Positions 27,669 through 36,151 of a stretch of DNA of 64,000 bases are shown here, in pieces. The stretch's first letter is position 1. Each line of letters begins with the position of its first letter. The translations under genes and the position numbers were made by a program. This DNA is from Planctomycetota bacterium (GTDB lineage: Bacteria; Planctomycetota; UBA1135; JACQFD01). The DNA is taken from positions 21,695 through 85,694 of the forward strand of contig JBJXHE010000014.1 of the NCBI GenBank assembly GCA_046160785.1. The letters run 5' to 3'. A model generated the notes under the pieces. That model was given only the letters and a program-made list of their open reading frames with translations, was not told the DNA's origin and did not search any database.

Positions 27669-28229
27669 ATTCGACCGGCTCAGAAACTCGCCGGTTTCTG
27701 TAGATATCTTAATCATGTCGCCGATTTCAATGTGGGGCGGCACTTTGAGCTCGTAGCCGGTCTCGACCTTCGCCAGCTTTGTTACGCTCGTCGCCGTGTT
27801 GCCGCGCGCGGCGGGTTCGGCTTCTGTAACTTTAAGAATAACGGCCGACTCCAATTCAACAGAAAGCGGTGCGCCGTTATAGGATGTAACAATAAGATTG
27901 GAGTTTTCTGTGACAAAACGCATCGATTCGCCGACGACTTCTTCGGAAATCGGGAATTGATCGAACGTCTCGTTATCCATAAAAATGTAGCCTGTATTGT
28001 CTTTATACAAATACTGGCATTCTTTCTTATCTAAATAAACGTCATCGACTGTATCGCCCGAACCGAGCCGGAGCATCTTTTGGTTTCCAGTCTTTAGATT
28101 CTTTAGTTTTACTTGATGGATCGCGCGCCAGTTTCCGGGCGTGATATGTTCATAATCCGCGATGACCCAAAGGTCGTTATCCATCTTGATAACCATTCCG
28201 CGCTTGACGTCAGTTGCTTTTACAGACAC
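27663..28229 (-). CDS. efp: translation elongation factor P, non-canonical beta3-beta4 loop
   Basis: MSVKATDVKRGMVIKMDNDLWVIADYEHITPGNWRAIHQVKLKNLKTG aligns with E. coli ..[22 protein letters not shown]. 188 aa with three-domain length. Confidence 0.92.
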   Translation of the reverse strand: MSVKATDVKRGMVIKMDNDLWVIADYEHITPGNWRAIHQVKLKNLKTGNQKMLRLGSGDTVDDVYLDKKECQYLYKDNTGYIFMDNETFDQFPISEEVVGESMRFVTENSNLIVTSYNGAPLSVELESAVILKVTEAEPAARGNTATSVTKLAKVETGYELKVPPHIEIGDMIKISTETGEFLSRSNK

Positions 28230-28284
28230 TTGTATATTTTAATAAAAGGGGCGTCGGTGAAATTTGGGCGAACAAGGTACACGG

Positions 28285-29718
28285 CTACGGGTCATAGCGC
28301 CAGATTCGAAGCGATTGATCCTTCCCGCCGAATTGTAATGGCCACTCGGCAACGGCCCGGCACCGCTCTCTAAGAAATGCTTCAAATCGCGCGCGATCCG
28401 GCCTTTTCCATTCGTCGAGGTCAACTTCGAGAACGAGAAACCAAGCGCGGCGCGAGAGCCGCACGACCGTTTCGAATTTGTAGGGTTCAAACGGGCCGAG
28501 ATAGATCGAGGCCTGCGTTGTGCGAGGCAGCGGATTCGAGGGGTTCAGATAACACTCGACGATCGGCGCCTGCGTCGCGGCGATGACGTCGTCGTTCATC
28601 TTTCGATCAAATACATAATTACAGGCTTCGCGCCACTTCGCGCGATGGCCGTTCTCGGGGCCGAAATACATAAATGCGCCGCCTGTAAAGTCTGCGATCA
28701 AAACAGCCGCGAGCGCGAGCGCCGAAACACGCGCGCCACGAACCGGGAGCCACGCTAAATATACAATTTCACGCCCGATGAGTAATGCAAAGAACGGCAG
28801 CGCGGCGATCACGTACTGGCTGTTCGCGCGCACGACGCACGACGCTGCAAATCCAAACGCTAACGTTCCGAATGAAAGGAATGTAAAGAAAAGAGACTTG
28901 CGGTCTTTTCGTATGATTCCGTTAATCGCTAACAATGCGGCGCAGGCGAGGAGCGCCGGGCGAAAGTAATAAGCCGTTGTTGTTAAGAAAAGCGCGGGCG
29001 ACGCCCCCGCCTTCACCTGAAAATGCACCCAAATCGAGCGGCCGAGCGGCGACAAAGTAACAATTGCCGCGACGGCTCCCGAACCTAACAATATCCATTT
29101 CCACGGCATTCGAATCGCTCTTTCCGCGCCGAAGGTTCTTCCTACAATTCCGAAAAGTAATAAACCTGGAACGATCGTGAGCGCGGAGGGATGCGCGAAT
29201 GCGGCGCCTGTTAACAATACGGCGCCGAGCAAGAACTCCCACGCCCGCGCGGTTAACAATGCGCTGCCGAGCACGAGGCCCGCGGGGATTGCTAATGAAA
29301 CTTCGAGCGCGTACGAGCGCGCGTTCTGCGACCAATATAAATGAAACGGCGAAATCGCTAATAATAACGCCGCGAAGATCGCGGCCCACCGTCCGCCGGC
29401 CCGCGCGCCGAGAGCGCCCGTAAAAAATACTCCTGCCGCTCCGAAAACCGCGGGCAGGAATCTTGCTACAAATTCATCAAATGGGATTTGTAGCGATTTG
29501 GCCCATTGAAACCAAAGGCCGTAAATGCGAAATGACAGGCCGTGTTCGGGGCGGCGGCCCGAATGATCTAAATAAAAAGAATTAGCATCCGAAATCGTAA
29601 AAGCCTCGTCGCTCCAATACGACCATTCGGCTAATTTGTAAAATCGAAGCGCCGCGGCAAAGGCCGTCACCGCGAGAAGCGCCGCCCAAAAACGAAAGGG
29701 AAATCGCTTCGGACTCAC
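28285..29718 (-). CDS. GT-C fold glycosyltransferase (family 39 / ArnT-PMT_2-like) membrane protein
   Basis: AAALRFYKLAEWSYWSDEAFT N-terminal loop motif and more than 10 hydrophobic helices. The GTG start at 29718 forms a GTGA overlap with the upstream LOG stop. The ATG at 29805 would overlap LOG by 91 nt. Confidence 0.7.
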   Translation of the reverse strand: MSPKRFPFRFWAALLAVTAFAAALRFYKLAEWSYWSDEAFTISDANSFYLDHSGRRPEHGLSFRIYGLWFQWAKSLQIPFDEFVARFLPAVFGAAGVFFTGALGARAGGRWAAIFAALLLAISPFHLYWSQNARSYALEVSLAIPAGLVLGSALLTARAWEFLLGAVLLTGAAFAHPSALTIVPGLLLFGIVGRTFGAERAIRMPWKWILLGSGAVAAIVTLSPLGRSIWVHFQVKAGASPALFLTTTAYYFRPALLACAALLAINGIIRKDRKSLFFTFLSFGTLAFGFAASCVVRANSQYVIAALPFFALLIGREIVYLAWLPVRGARVSALALAAVLIADFTGGAFMYFGPENGHRAKWREACNYVFDRKMNDDVIAATQAPIVECYLNPSNPLPRTTQASIYLGPFEPYKFETVVRLSRRAWFLVLEVDLDEWKRPDRARFEAFLRERCRAVAEWPLQFGGKDQSLRIWRYDP

Positions 29719-30605
29719 CGCCGCTTCGTTCGCTTGGCTTTCGCGAGCACGCGCTTCGATTCCGCGTGGCGCGCGCGCGCGATCTCCGAATACTCGGCGC
29801 GCCACTGTTCGCCGAGGAAATGGCGGTTTTCATACGTTCGTTGAATAATAAAAACCGCCTCCTCCGGGTCATCTGTTAAATATACTAAATCCGGATCGAC
29901 CGCCGAAATCATCTTATCTTTTACCATGGTCGTGCGCATCCACTCGACGAGCGAACCGTAGTAATCCTTTCCCATCAGTATGATCGGGAAATGCTTAATT
30001 TTGTGCGTCTGGACGAGCGTCAACGCTTCAAAAAACTCGTCCATCGTTCCGAATCCGCCCGGCAGCACGACGTACGCCGCGGCGTATTTTACAAACATTA
30101 CTTTTCGCGCGAAAAAGTAATCGAATGTTAACGAAACGTTTTGATGCGGGTTCGGGCGCTGCTCGAACGGTAGTTTAATATTGAGCCCAACCGACTTCGC
30201 GCCGACCTTCATAGCGCCGCGGTTCGCGGCTTCCATGACGCCCGGTCCGCCGCCGGTGATCACTGCAAATCCCGCGCGTCCTAACAATTCGCCGACGCGA
30301 ACCGCCAATTGATATACCGGATCTTTTTTGTGAACTCGCGCCGATCCGAACACCGACACCGCGGGTCCGAGGTTTCTTAATGTTTCAAATCCCTCGACGA
30401 ATTCGCCGAGCATTTTGAAGACCATCCACGCGTCCGAAGCTTTTGGCTGCAGTTCCGACTGCGAATTCGACGCCGATCCGTTCGTTCGATATTGTAATGA
30501 TTGAATCACGTTAGCATTTGCCTCGGTCTCAAAGTCCGCAGAAGGGCGTACCTCTTCGTCTCGCCGGGGCTTGCGGCTGAATCGTCGCATGGCTTTGCGT
30601 GCCAT
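29715..30605 (-). CDS. LOG-family (TIGR00730) Rossmann-fold nucleotide-binding protein
   Basis: VSVFGSARV, ITGGGPGVMEAANRGA and VLPGGFGTMDEFFE motifs, with N- and C-terminal extensions. Confidence 0.85.
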   Translation of the reverse strand: MARKAMRRFSRKPRRDEEVRPSADFETEANANVIQSLQYRTNGSASNSQSELQPKASDAWMVFKMLGEFVEGFETLRNLGPAVSVFGSARVHKKDPVYQLAVRVGELLGRAGFAVITGGGPGVMEAANRGAMKVGAKSVGLNIKLPFEQRPNPHQNVSLTFDYFFARKVMFVKYAAAYVVLPGGFGTMDEFFEALTLVQTHKIKHFPIILMGKDYYGSLVEWMRTTMVKDKMISAVDPDLVYLTDDPEEAVFIIQRTYENRHFLGEQWRAEYSEIARARHAESKRVLAKAKRTKRR

Positions 30606-30607
30606 TA

Positions 30608-30766
30608 TTAATGTATTAACTGAAGCGTCGAGCCCGCCGGAACTGTGATTTCTTCCATCATCGCATTCTCACCGGGGCTCCCAAAGATGACGCGCGCGGG
30701 CCCGGCGGGAACCTTTTCGAAGACCCATTCGCCTTCGGTTCCGGTCGCGACGGCGCCGCCCATCAT
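30608..30766 (-). CDS. 52-codon ORF in frame with the upstream gene across a single TGA (either a separate small CDS or the C-terminal part of an interrupted or read-through gene)
   Basis: MMGGAVATGTEGEWVFEKVPAGPARVIFGSPGENAMMEEITVPAGSTLQLIH. Codon usage is like its neighbours. The TAA stop is 2 nt before the LOG ATG. It is below the 60-aa cutoff of the ORF track. Confidence 0.3.
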   Translation of the reverse strand: MMGGAVATGTEGEWVFEKVPAGPARVIFGSPGENAMMEEITVPAGSTLQLIH

Positions 30767-30787
30767 TTGATTTTTTGTAAAGAAACG

Positions 30788-31666
30788 TCAGCCCGACGGG
30801 TCGATCCAGAATTGTAGCGAAGGCTTTTCTTTACATTGTATTTTAACTGTTCCAACGGCGCGCGCGGCGGCGGATAAATCGAGGTTCATGCCATCTGTAA
30901 ACTTTACTTTTTTGAAGTCCGATTGGTAATAACCGTTGCTCCAGCCCGCTTCGCCTTCCCCTTCCGGCGCATCGGCCATGACGCCGTCGATCCCGATGAA
31001 TTGATAATTGCTGGAGTCGCCCGATGATGCAACAAATAACCCCGACACGCCGTCAGTCTTCGCGCCGCCCTCCAATTTCACATTAAGGCGAACGCTTACT
31101 TTCCTCGCGAGCGTCACGCGCACGTCGGGCGCGGCGGGCTGTTCTTTATATTCGAGATGGCGCGTGCCGAAATAGCCGTCGGCAAAAATAGATATATTTA
31201 ATGGCGCCGCGCCTTCAATCAGGATTTCCACTTCGTGCCGTTCGATCGACGGCGCGGGATTGCTCGACGACGATACAAATGCGTCGCGAATGAGTTCGCC
31301 GCGGGCGTCGAGCACGCGCAGGCGAATGCTAACTCTTCCGGCTTCGCTGCGCGCGGAGGGAAGGGTAGAATCCGCGGTCGTTCGCGAATCCCCCTTAGAA
31401 TTAGTATTAGAATTTGTGTTCGCGTTTGCTAACGATCGATCGCCGTTTTCTTTAGTATTCGTTTCACTCCCGCTTTGCCCGGAAGCCGGAACGTCCGAGG
31501 ACCGCGGCCCTCGATCGGTAAGCACGAACCATCCAATGCCGGCGCCGGCGAGGAGCACAATTACAATCAAAATGAGGATGCCGCGGTTATTCACGCGGCC
31601 GATCTTAATTACCGAACCGAACTTTCCACCTCGGATTGCGCGGCGAGTACTTACAATCCCGCGCAA
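30788..31666 (-). CDS. membrane-anchored hypothetical protein with carboxypeptidase-regulatory-like repeat(s)
   Basis: TM anchor GILILIVIVLLAGAGIGWFV, a low-complexity linker, then beta-rich repeats (RLRVLDARGELIRDAFV). Start is ambiguous: TTG 31666 or GTG 31594. Confidence 0.5.
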   Translation of the reverse strand: MRGIVSTRRAIRGGKFGSVIKIGRVNNRGILILIVIVLLAGAGIGWFVLTDRGPRSSDVPASGQSGSETNTKENGDRSLANANTNSNTNSKGDSRTTADSTLPSARSEAGRVSIRLRVLDARGELIRDAFVSSSSNPAPSIERHEVEILIEGAAPLNISIFADGYFGTRHLEYKEQPAAPDVRVTLARKVSVRLNVKLEGGAKTDGVSGLFVASSGDSSNYQFIGIDGVMADAPEGEGEAGWSNGYYQSDFKKVKFTDGMNLDLSAAARAVGTVKIQCKEKPSLQFWIDPSG

Positions 31667-31668
31667 TC

Positions 31669-34296
31669 ATGCAATCTTTGTTCGCGAAATTATTCATAGC
31701 GATCGCTCTCACGGCGGCGCCCGCGATCTCCGCTCCGCAGCAGAACGAATCTTTTGATTTATTTCCTGGCGGAACGTACGACCCGACGGTTGCTCCGCCT
31801 GCGCGCCTGCTCGGGTTTCCACTCGGGTCGAACTACACCGAGCACCACCGCCTCATCGAGCTCGTGCGTGCGTATACACAAAACAACGAACGCGCGGTTC
31901 TCGAAAAGTATGGAGAAACGGAGGAGAAGCGGCCGCTTTATTTAGCTTATATTTCCTCGCCCGAGAATCTTAAGAATCTGCCGGCGATTCGCGCGGATTT
32001 ACAAAAACTCGTGGACGTCCGCGGCACAAGCCCGGAACAGATACAACAAATCCTCGCGCGTATTCCCGTAATTGTTTGGTTATCGTTCAACGTTCACGGA
32101 AACGAGCCGTCGTCGAGCGAAGCGGCGATCGGCGTGTTATATCAATTAATCGCGGGAACCGACGCGCGAACCGAAGCGATTCGTAAGGATGCGATTGTTG
32201 TTATCGATCCGTGCTCGAATCCCGATGGCCGCGAACGGTACGTCCGCTGGTTTAACGGAATTGTAGGAACGACGCCCGACCCAACGCCTTCGTCGTGGGA
32301 ACATCGCGAGCCGTGGCCCGGCGGACGCGTCAATCATTACTATTTTGATCTAAATCGCGACTGGGCGTTTCTAACACAAATCGAATCGAAGCGAAGGGTC
32401 GTCGCTTATTTGCAAACTCCGCCGCAGGTCCATGTTGATTTGCATGAAATGGGAGCTTCGTCGAGTTACTTCTTTTTCCCGCCTGTGTTTCCGGTGAATA
32501 CAAATCTTCCGGGCGACGTCGTCGAGTGGGGAAAAGTATTTGGAAAGGGAAACGCGGCCGCATTTGATATATTTAAATGGCAATATTATACAGGCGAAAA
32601 TTTTGATTTGTTTTATCCGGGCTTCGGAGATTCGTGGCCGACGTTTCAGGGCGCCATCGGAATGACGTACGAGCAAGCCGGCCACTCGAGCGCCGGACTC
32701 ACAATAAAACGCGAAGACGATCAGATATTAACATTACGCGACCGCGCGTGGCACCATTTTATCGCTAGCATCGCGACGTGCGAAACGGCCGTTGGGAACC
32801 GAGCTTCATTAATGAAGCGATTCTACGATTGGCATCGCACGGCAATCGAGGAAGGCGAGAACGGCCCGATTCGCGAATATATTATTCCGGAAGGCAATGA
32901 TCCGCCGCGCGCCGCCGCGCTCGCTTCATTATTAATATCGCAGGGAATACAAGTCTTCCGCGCGGGCGCCGGATTTGTAGCAGGTCCGCTGCGCGACTTT
33001 GATGGAAAGGACGTCGACCGCGAGGCGTTTCCTGCCGGAACGTATTTGATACCTTTGGCGCAGCCGCGAAAAAGATTAGCAAACGCGCTGCTCGAACCCT
33101 CCGCCCAAATGCGCGATTTGTATTTTTACGACGTTTCCGCGTGGAGCCTTCCGCGCGCGTTCGGCGTGCTCGCGTACCAGTCGAAAGATAGTATTCGCGT
33201 CGCGCGCGCGCCGTACGACGGCGCGATTCCGCGAGGCAAGGGCGTCGAGGGAGATGCTAAGAATGCGTATGCGTTTTTAGTAGATTGGAAGCAGGGCAAC
33301 GCGGCGTCTTTTGTAGCATCCATTCTTCACGACGGCCTGCGCGTTTCGATGGCTACAAAAGAATTCAAGATGGCTGGTAAAACGTGGCAGCGCGGCACGG
33401 CCGTCGTGCCAGCGCCCGCCGATCCGTTGCAAATGGATAAATTAAAATTGCGAGCCGAAGAGTCCGGGATATCTGTTATAGCGGTTGCGAGCGGACTCTC
33501 CGACGAAGGCGTCGACCTCGGCAGCGACAGCGTGCGCGCGCTAACAAAACGCCGCGTCGCACTGCTCGTCGGAGATAACATTTCCGCGAACTCGTTCGGC
33601 GCCGTGCGCTTCCTGCTCGAGAAAAGTTATAGGATTCCTTTTAGTATTGTTCCGATTTCAACGATCGGCAGAATTAAATTATCAGATTTCGGCGCGATCG
33701 TGATTCCCGACGGATTCGGTTTTGATGAGTCGATTCCGAAAGACGTGATCCCTAAGATTCGCGAATGGATGTTGGCCGGCGGAAACGTTGTCGCGTTCGG
33801 CGGCGCTGCTTTTTGGGCGACGGCCGAACGAAGCGGGCTCACGAGAATTAAATTATCAAAACCGGCCGACGCGCCGAAAGCTGATACTACTAAAACAGAA
33901 GCTACAAAAGAACCGCAGGCCGCCCGTTATGTACCCGCTGACCAGCGCGAGGCCGACCACCGAAAATCCGGCAACCCCGGTTCAATTTTGAAATTGGCTC
34001 TCGACCCGGCGTCGAGCGTTGTCTATGGCTGCGGCGAGGGTCCGCTCTACGTACTCGCGACGAATGAGAACGGCTTCGATCCCGAATCAGGACAAGTCGC
34101 GGCCTACTACGCGAACAACGCTAAGGTTGCGGGCTTCCTCGGCAGCGACGCGGCGCGGCGGCTCTCGGGGGCCGCTTTTGCGATCACGGAAAAGACAGGC
34201 CGCGGCCGAGCCGTCCTATTCTCCGAAGACCCGAATTTCCGATTGGTCTGGCAAGGATTAACAAAAGCATTCTTAAACGCAATTTTGCTTCCGTAA
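31669..34296 (+). CDS. secreted M14-family zinc carboxypeptidase with large C-terminal extension
   Basis: Signal peptide MQSLFAKLFIAIALTAAPAISA from ATG 31669. M14 motifs NVHGNEPSSSEA (HxxE), DPCSNPDGRERY and VDLHEMG. Confidence 0.85.
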   Translation: MQSLFAKLFIAIALTAAPAISAPQQNESFDLFPGGTYDPTVAPPARLLGFPLGSNYTEHHRLIELVRAYTQNNERAVLEKYGETEEKRPLYLAYISSPENLKNLPAIRADLQKLVDVRGTSPEQIQQILARIPVIVWLSFNVHGNEPSSSEAAIGVLYQLIAGTDARTEAIRKDAIVVIDPCSNPDGRERYVRWFNGIVGTTPDPTPSSWEHREPWPGGRVNHYYFDLNRDWAFLTQIESKRRVVAYLQTPPQVHVDLHEMGASSSYFFFPPVFPVNTNLPGDVVEWGKVFGKGNAAAFDIFKWQYYTGENFDLFYPGFGDSWPTFQGAIGMTYEQAGHSSAGLTIKREDDQILTLRDRAWHHFIASIATCETAVGNRASLMKRFYDWHRTAIEEGENGPIREYIIPEGNDPPRAAALASLLISQGIQVFRAGAGFVAGPLRDFDGKDVDREAFPAGTYLIPLAQPRKRLANALLEPSAQMRDLYFYDVSAWSLPRAFGVLAYQSKDSIRVARAPYDGAIPRGKGVEGDAKNAYAFLVDWKQGNAASFVASILHDGLRVSMATKEFKMAGKTWQRGTAVVPAPADPLQMDKLKLRAEESGISVIAVASGLSDEGVDLGSDSVRALTKRRVALLVGDNISANSFGAVRFLLEKSYRIPFSIVPISTIGRIKLSDFGAIVIPDGFGFDESIPKDVIPKIREWMLAGGNVVAFGGAAFWATAERSGLTRIKLSKPADAPKADTTKTEATKEPQAARYVPADQREADHRKSGNPGSILKLALDPASSVVYGCGEGPLYVLATNENGFDPESGQVAAYYANNAKVAGFLGSDAARRLSGAAFAITEKTGRGRAVLFSEDPNFRLVWQGLTKAFLNAILLP

Positions 34297-34351
34297 TAAA
34301 CGGAAATAACAATTCGATAACAACCGCACCACTTATTACAATTCTTTCCGC

Positions 34352-35125
34352 GTGACCGAAGCCGCCGCCCCCGCAGCTCCAAAGCCCGTTCACTTTGCAA
34401 AGTCGAAGGAACGATGCTGGGAGATTTTTCGTAAGCATTACCCGGATTACGTCGGCCCCGATCAACGTTATCAATCGGCGATCGATCGCGTATTATTAAA
34501 AAACTATCCCGTGCTCGATGCAGGCTGCGGCAAAGAAATGGGCTACGCGCGATTATTAGCAAAACAAACGAAGGGCGCGATCGCGTTTGATTATGGTAGT
34601 GATCGCGTCGCGCTCGATGCGGGCGAACGCGTGATTCCGGTCCGCGGCGACTTGGCAAACCTAGCATTAGCAAACGAAAGCGTCGGCACGATTGTTACAA
34701 GAAGCGTTTTGGAACATTTAGAATTTCCAGAATTAGTTTTCAAAGAATTTCACCGCGTGCTCGCTCCCGGCGGATCGATCATCGCGATGGCGCCGAATTT
34801 TTATGATTATGCTTCGATCGTTTCGCGCTTCACGCCGCATTCGTTTCACACGTGGCTCGTTCCGAAAGTTGTAGGAAACGAGGAGGAAGACGTTTTCCCC
34901 ACGTTCTACCGTGCAAATACACGAAAAAAACTGAAACAAATCGCAAAGGATACCGGCCTCGAATTATTACAATTAGAAACGTTTTGCCAGTATCCCGTTT
35001 ATTTGATGTTTTCGCCGCTGTTGTTTCGACTCGGCGTTAGTTATGAAAAGTGGATCACGCGCCACGAATCGCTCGCAGGGCTGCGCGGCTGGATCTTAAC
35101 TGTGATGCGCAAACCCGCGCGGTAA
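34352..35125 (+). CDS. class I SAM-dependent methyltransferase (Methyltransf_11-like)
   Basis: VLDAGCGKEMG motif I, RSVLEHL, LAPGGSIIAMAPN. GTG start. Confidence 0.75.
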   Translation: MTEAAAPAAPKPVHFAKSKERCWEIFRKHYPDYVGPDQRYQSAIDRVLLKNYPVLDAGCGKEMGYARLLAKQTKGAIAFDYGSDRVALDAGERVIPVRGDLANLALANESVGTIVTRSVLEHLEFPELVFKEFHRVLAPGGSIIAMAPNFYDYASIVSRFTPHSFHTWLVPKVVGNEEEDVFPTFYRANTRKKLKQIAKDTGLELLQLETFCQYPVYLMFSPLLFRLGVSYEKWITRHESLAGLRGWILTVMRKPAR

Positions 35126-35158
35126 TATTTATATTCGATCTATCTATCTAATCGCACC

Positions 35159-35575
35159 ATGAATTATCGAAACGCAATCTTAACTTTCGCATTGGCACTC
35201 GCCTCTCCAGCGCTCACGAGCTGCATCTCGATGAAGAGCGACCCCAAATTATTTGTATTTTCCGAGCCGGGCGCCGCCATGGTGCTCGTCGACGGCGAAG
35301 ACACGGGTTTTACAACCCCCGCTATGATCGAGCCCGGATCGGCAAAGGTAACTATTGTTAAGGAAGGGTTCGTGCCTGTCACGCGATCTGTTAGAAAACC
35401 GATACACTTTCGCTACCCGCGCTGGAACGACGGCGGAACTGAAGATTTTACACTTGCGATGTCTATCTTTCGAACGGCCGACGACTTTTTCTTTCCACTA
35501 CAATTTAGTTCACGCTCGGAGCCGCGGAGGCTATTTGTAAGATTGCAGCCCGTCGCACCACCCGAAACAAAATAA
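35159..35575 (+). CDS. PEGA-domain lipoprotein
   Basis: Lipobox ALTSC. PEGA-like AMVLVDGEDTGFTTPAMIE...VTIVKEGFVPV. Confidence 0.7.
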   Translation: MNYRNAILTFALALASPALTSCISMKSDPKLFVFSEPGAAMVLVDGEDTGFTTPAMIEPGSAKVTIVKEGFVPVTRSVRKPIHFRYPRWNDGGTEDFTLAMSIFRTADDFFFPLQFSSRSEPRRLFVRLQPVAPPETK

Positions 35576-35589
35576 CAAATCTGACGCGA

Positions 35590-36114
35590 GTGTTACGAAA
35601 GGCCGCGTTTCTGGATCGTGATGGAACTGTAGTCATCGACGCGGGCTACGCGCGCAAACCTGAAGAACTCGTCCTGTTGCCGGGCGTCCGCGATGCGGTC
35701 ACGCGCCTCAAAGCCAGTGGGTTTTTGATTATCATCATCACGAATCAATCCGGGATCGGCCGCGGATATTTGACAGAAGAATCCTATCAATTACAGATTG
35801 CTAAACTCGCTGAGTTGCTCGGACCCGCCGCCGCGCCCGACGGACACTACTATTGTCCGCACCATCCCACCGAAGCGCGCGCTCCTTACAATATTGACTG
35901 CAACTGTCGCAAACCGAAACCCGGGTTATTTCTGCGCGCGATCACAGATTTTAATATTGACGTTCAACATTCGTTTGCGATCGGCGACACCGACCGCGAC
36001 CTCATCGCCGCGCGCGCCGCCGGAATTCATATAACTGAAAAAATGGATCCGAGCGCGAACGACGGTTTTCACTCAGCCGTGGAAGCCGCGCTCAAGAGAA
36101 TCCCACAAACATAA
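35590..36114 (+). CDS. gmhB: D-glycero-beta-D-manno-heptose 1,7-bisphosphate 7-phosphatase (HAD-IIIA)
   Basis: AAFLDRDGTV, IITNQSGIGRGY, the Zn-site pattern CPHHP...CNCRKPKPG, and IGDTDRDLIAARAAG. Confidence 0.85.
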   Translation: MLRKAAFLDRDGTVVIDAGYARKPEELVLLPGVRDAVTRLKASGFLIIIITNQSGIGRGYLTEESYQLQIAKLAELLGPAAAPDGHYYCPHHPTEARAPYNIDCNCRKPKPGLFLRAITDFNIDVQHSFAIGDTDRDLIAARAAGIHITEKMDPSANDGFHSAVEAALKRIPQT

Positions 36115-36151
36115 CAGTGAGGCTTACGCGGAGCCTATTCTTATCTTAGTC

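Noticed and set aside
30788-30790. Selenocysteine or reassigned-code reading of the in-frame TGA
   Set aside because: There is no convincing SECIS-like hairpin in the 40 nt after the TGA (CGTTTCTTTACAAAAAATCAAATGATGGG). The G-x-R context is not a redox motif. TGA clearly terminates other well-defined genes in the window. Nonsense mutation or leaky read-through remains more likely (see findings).
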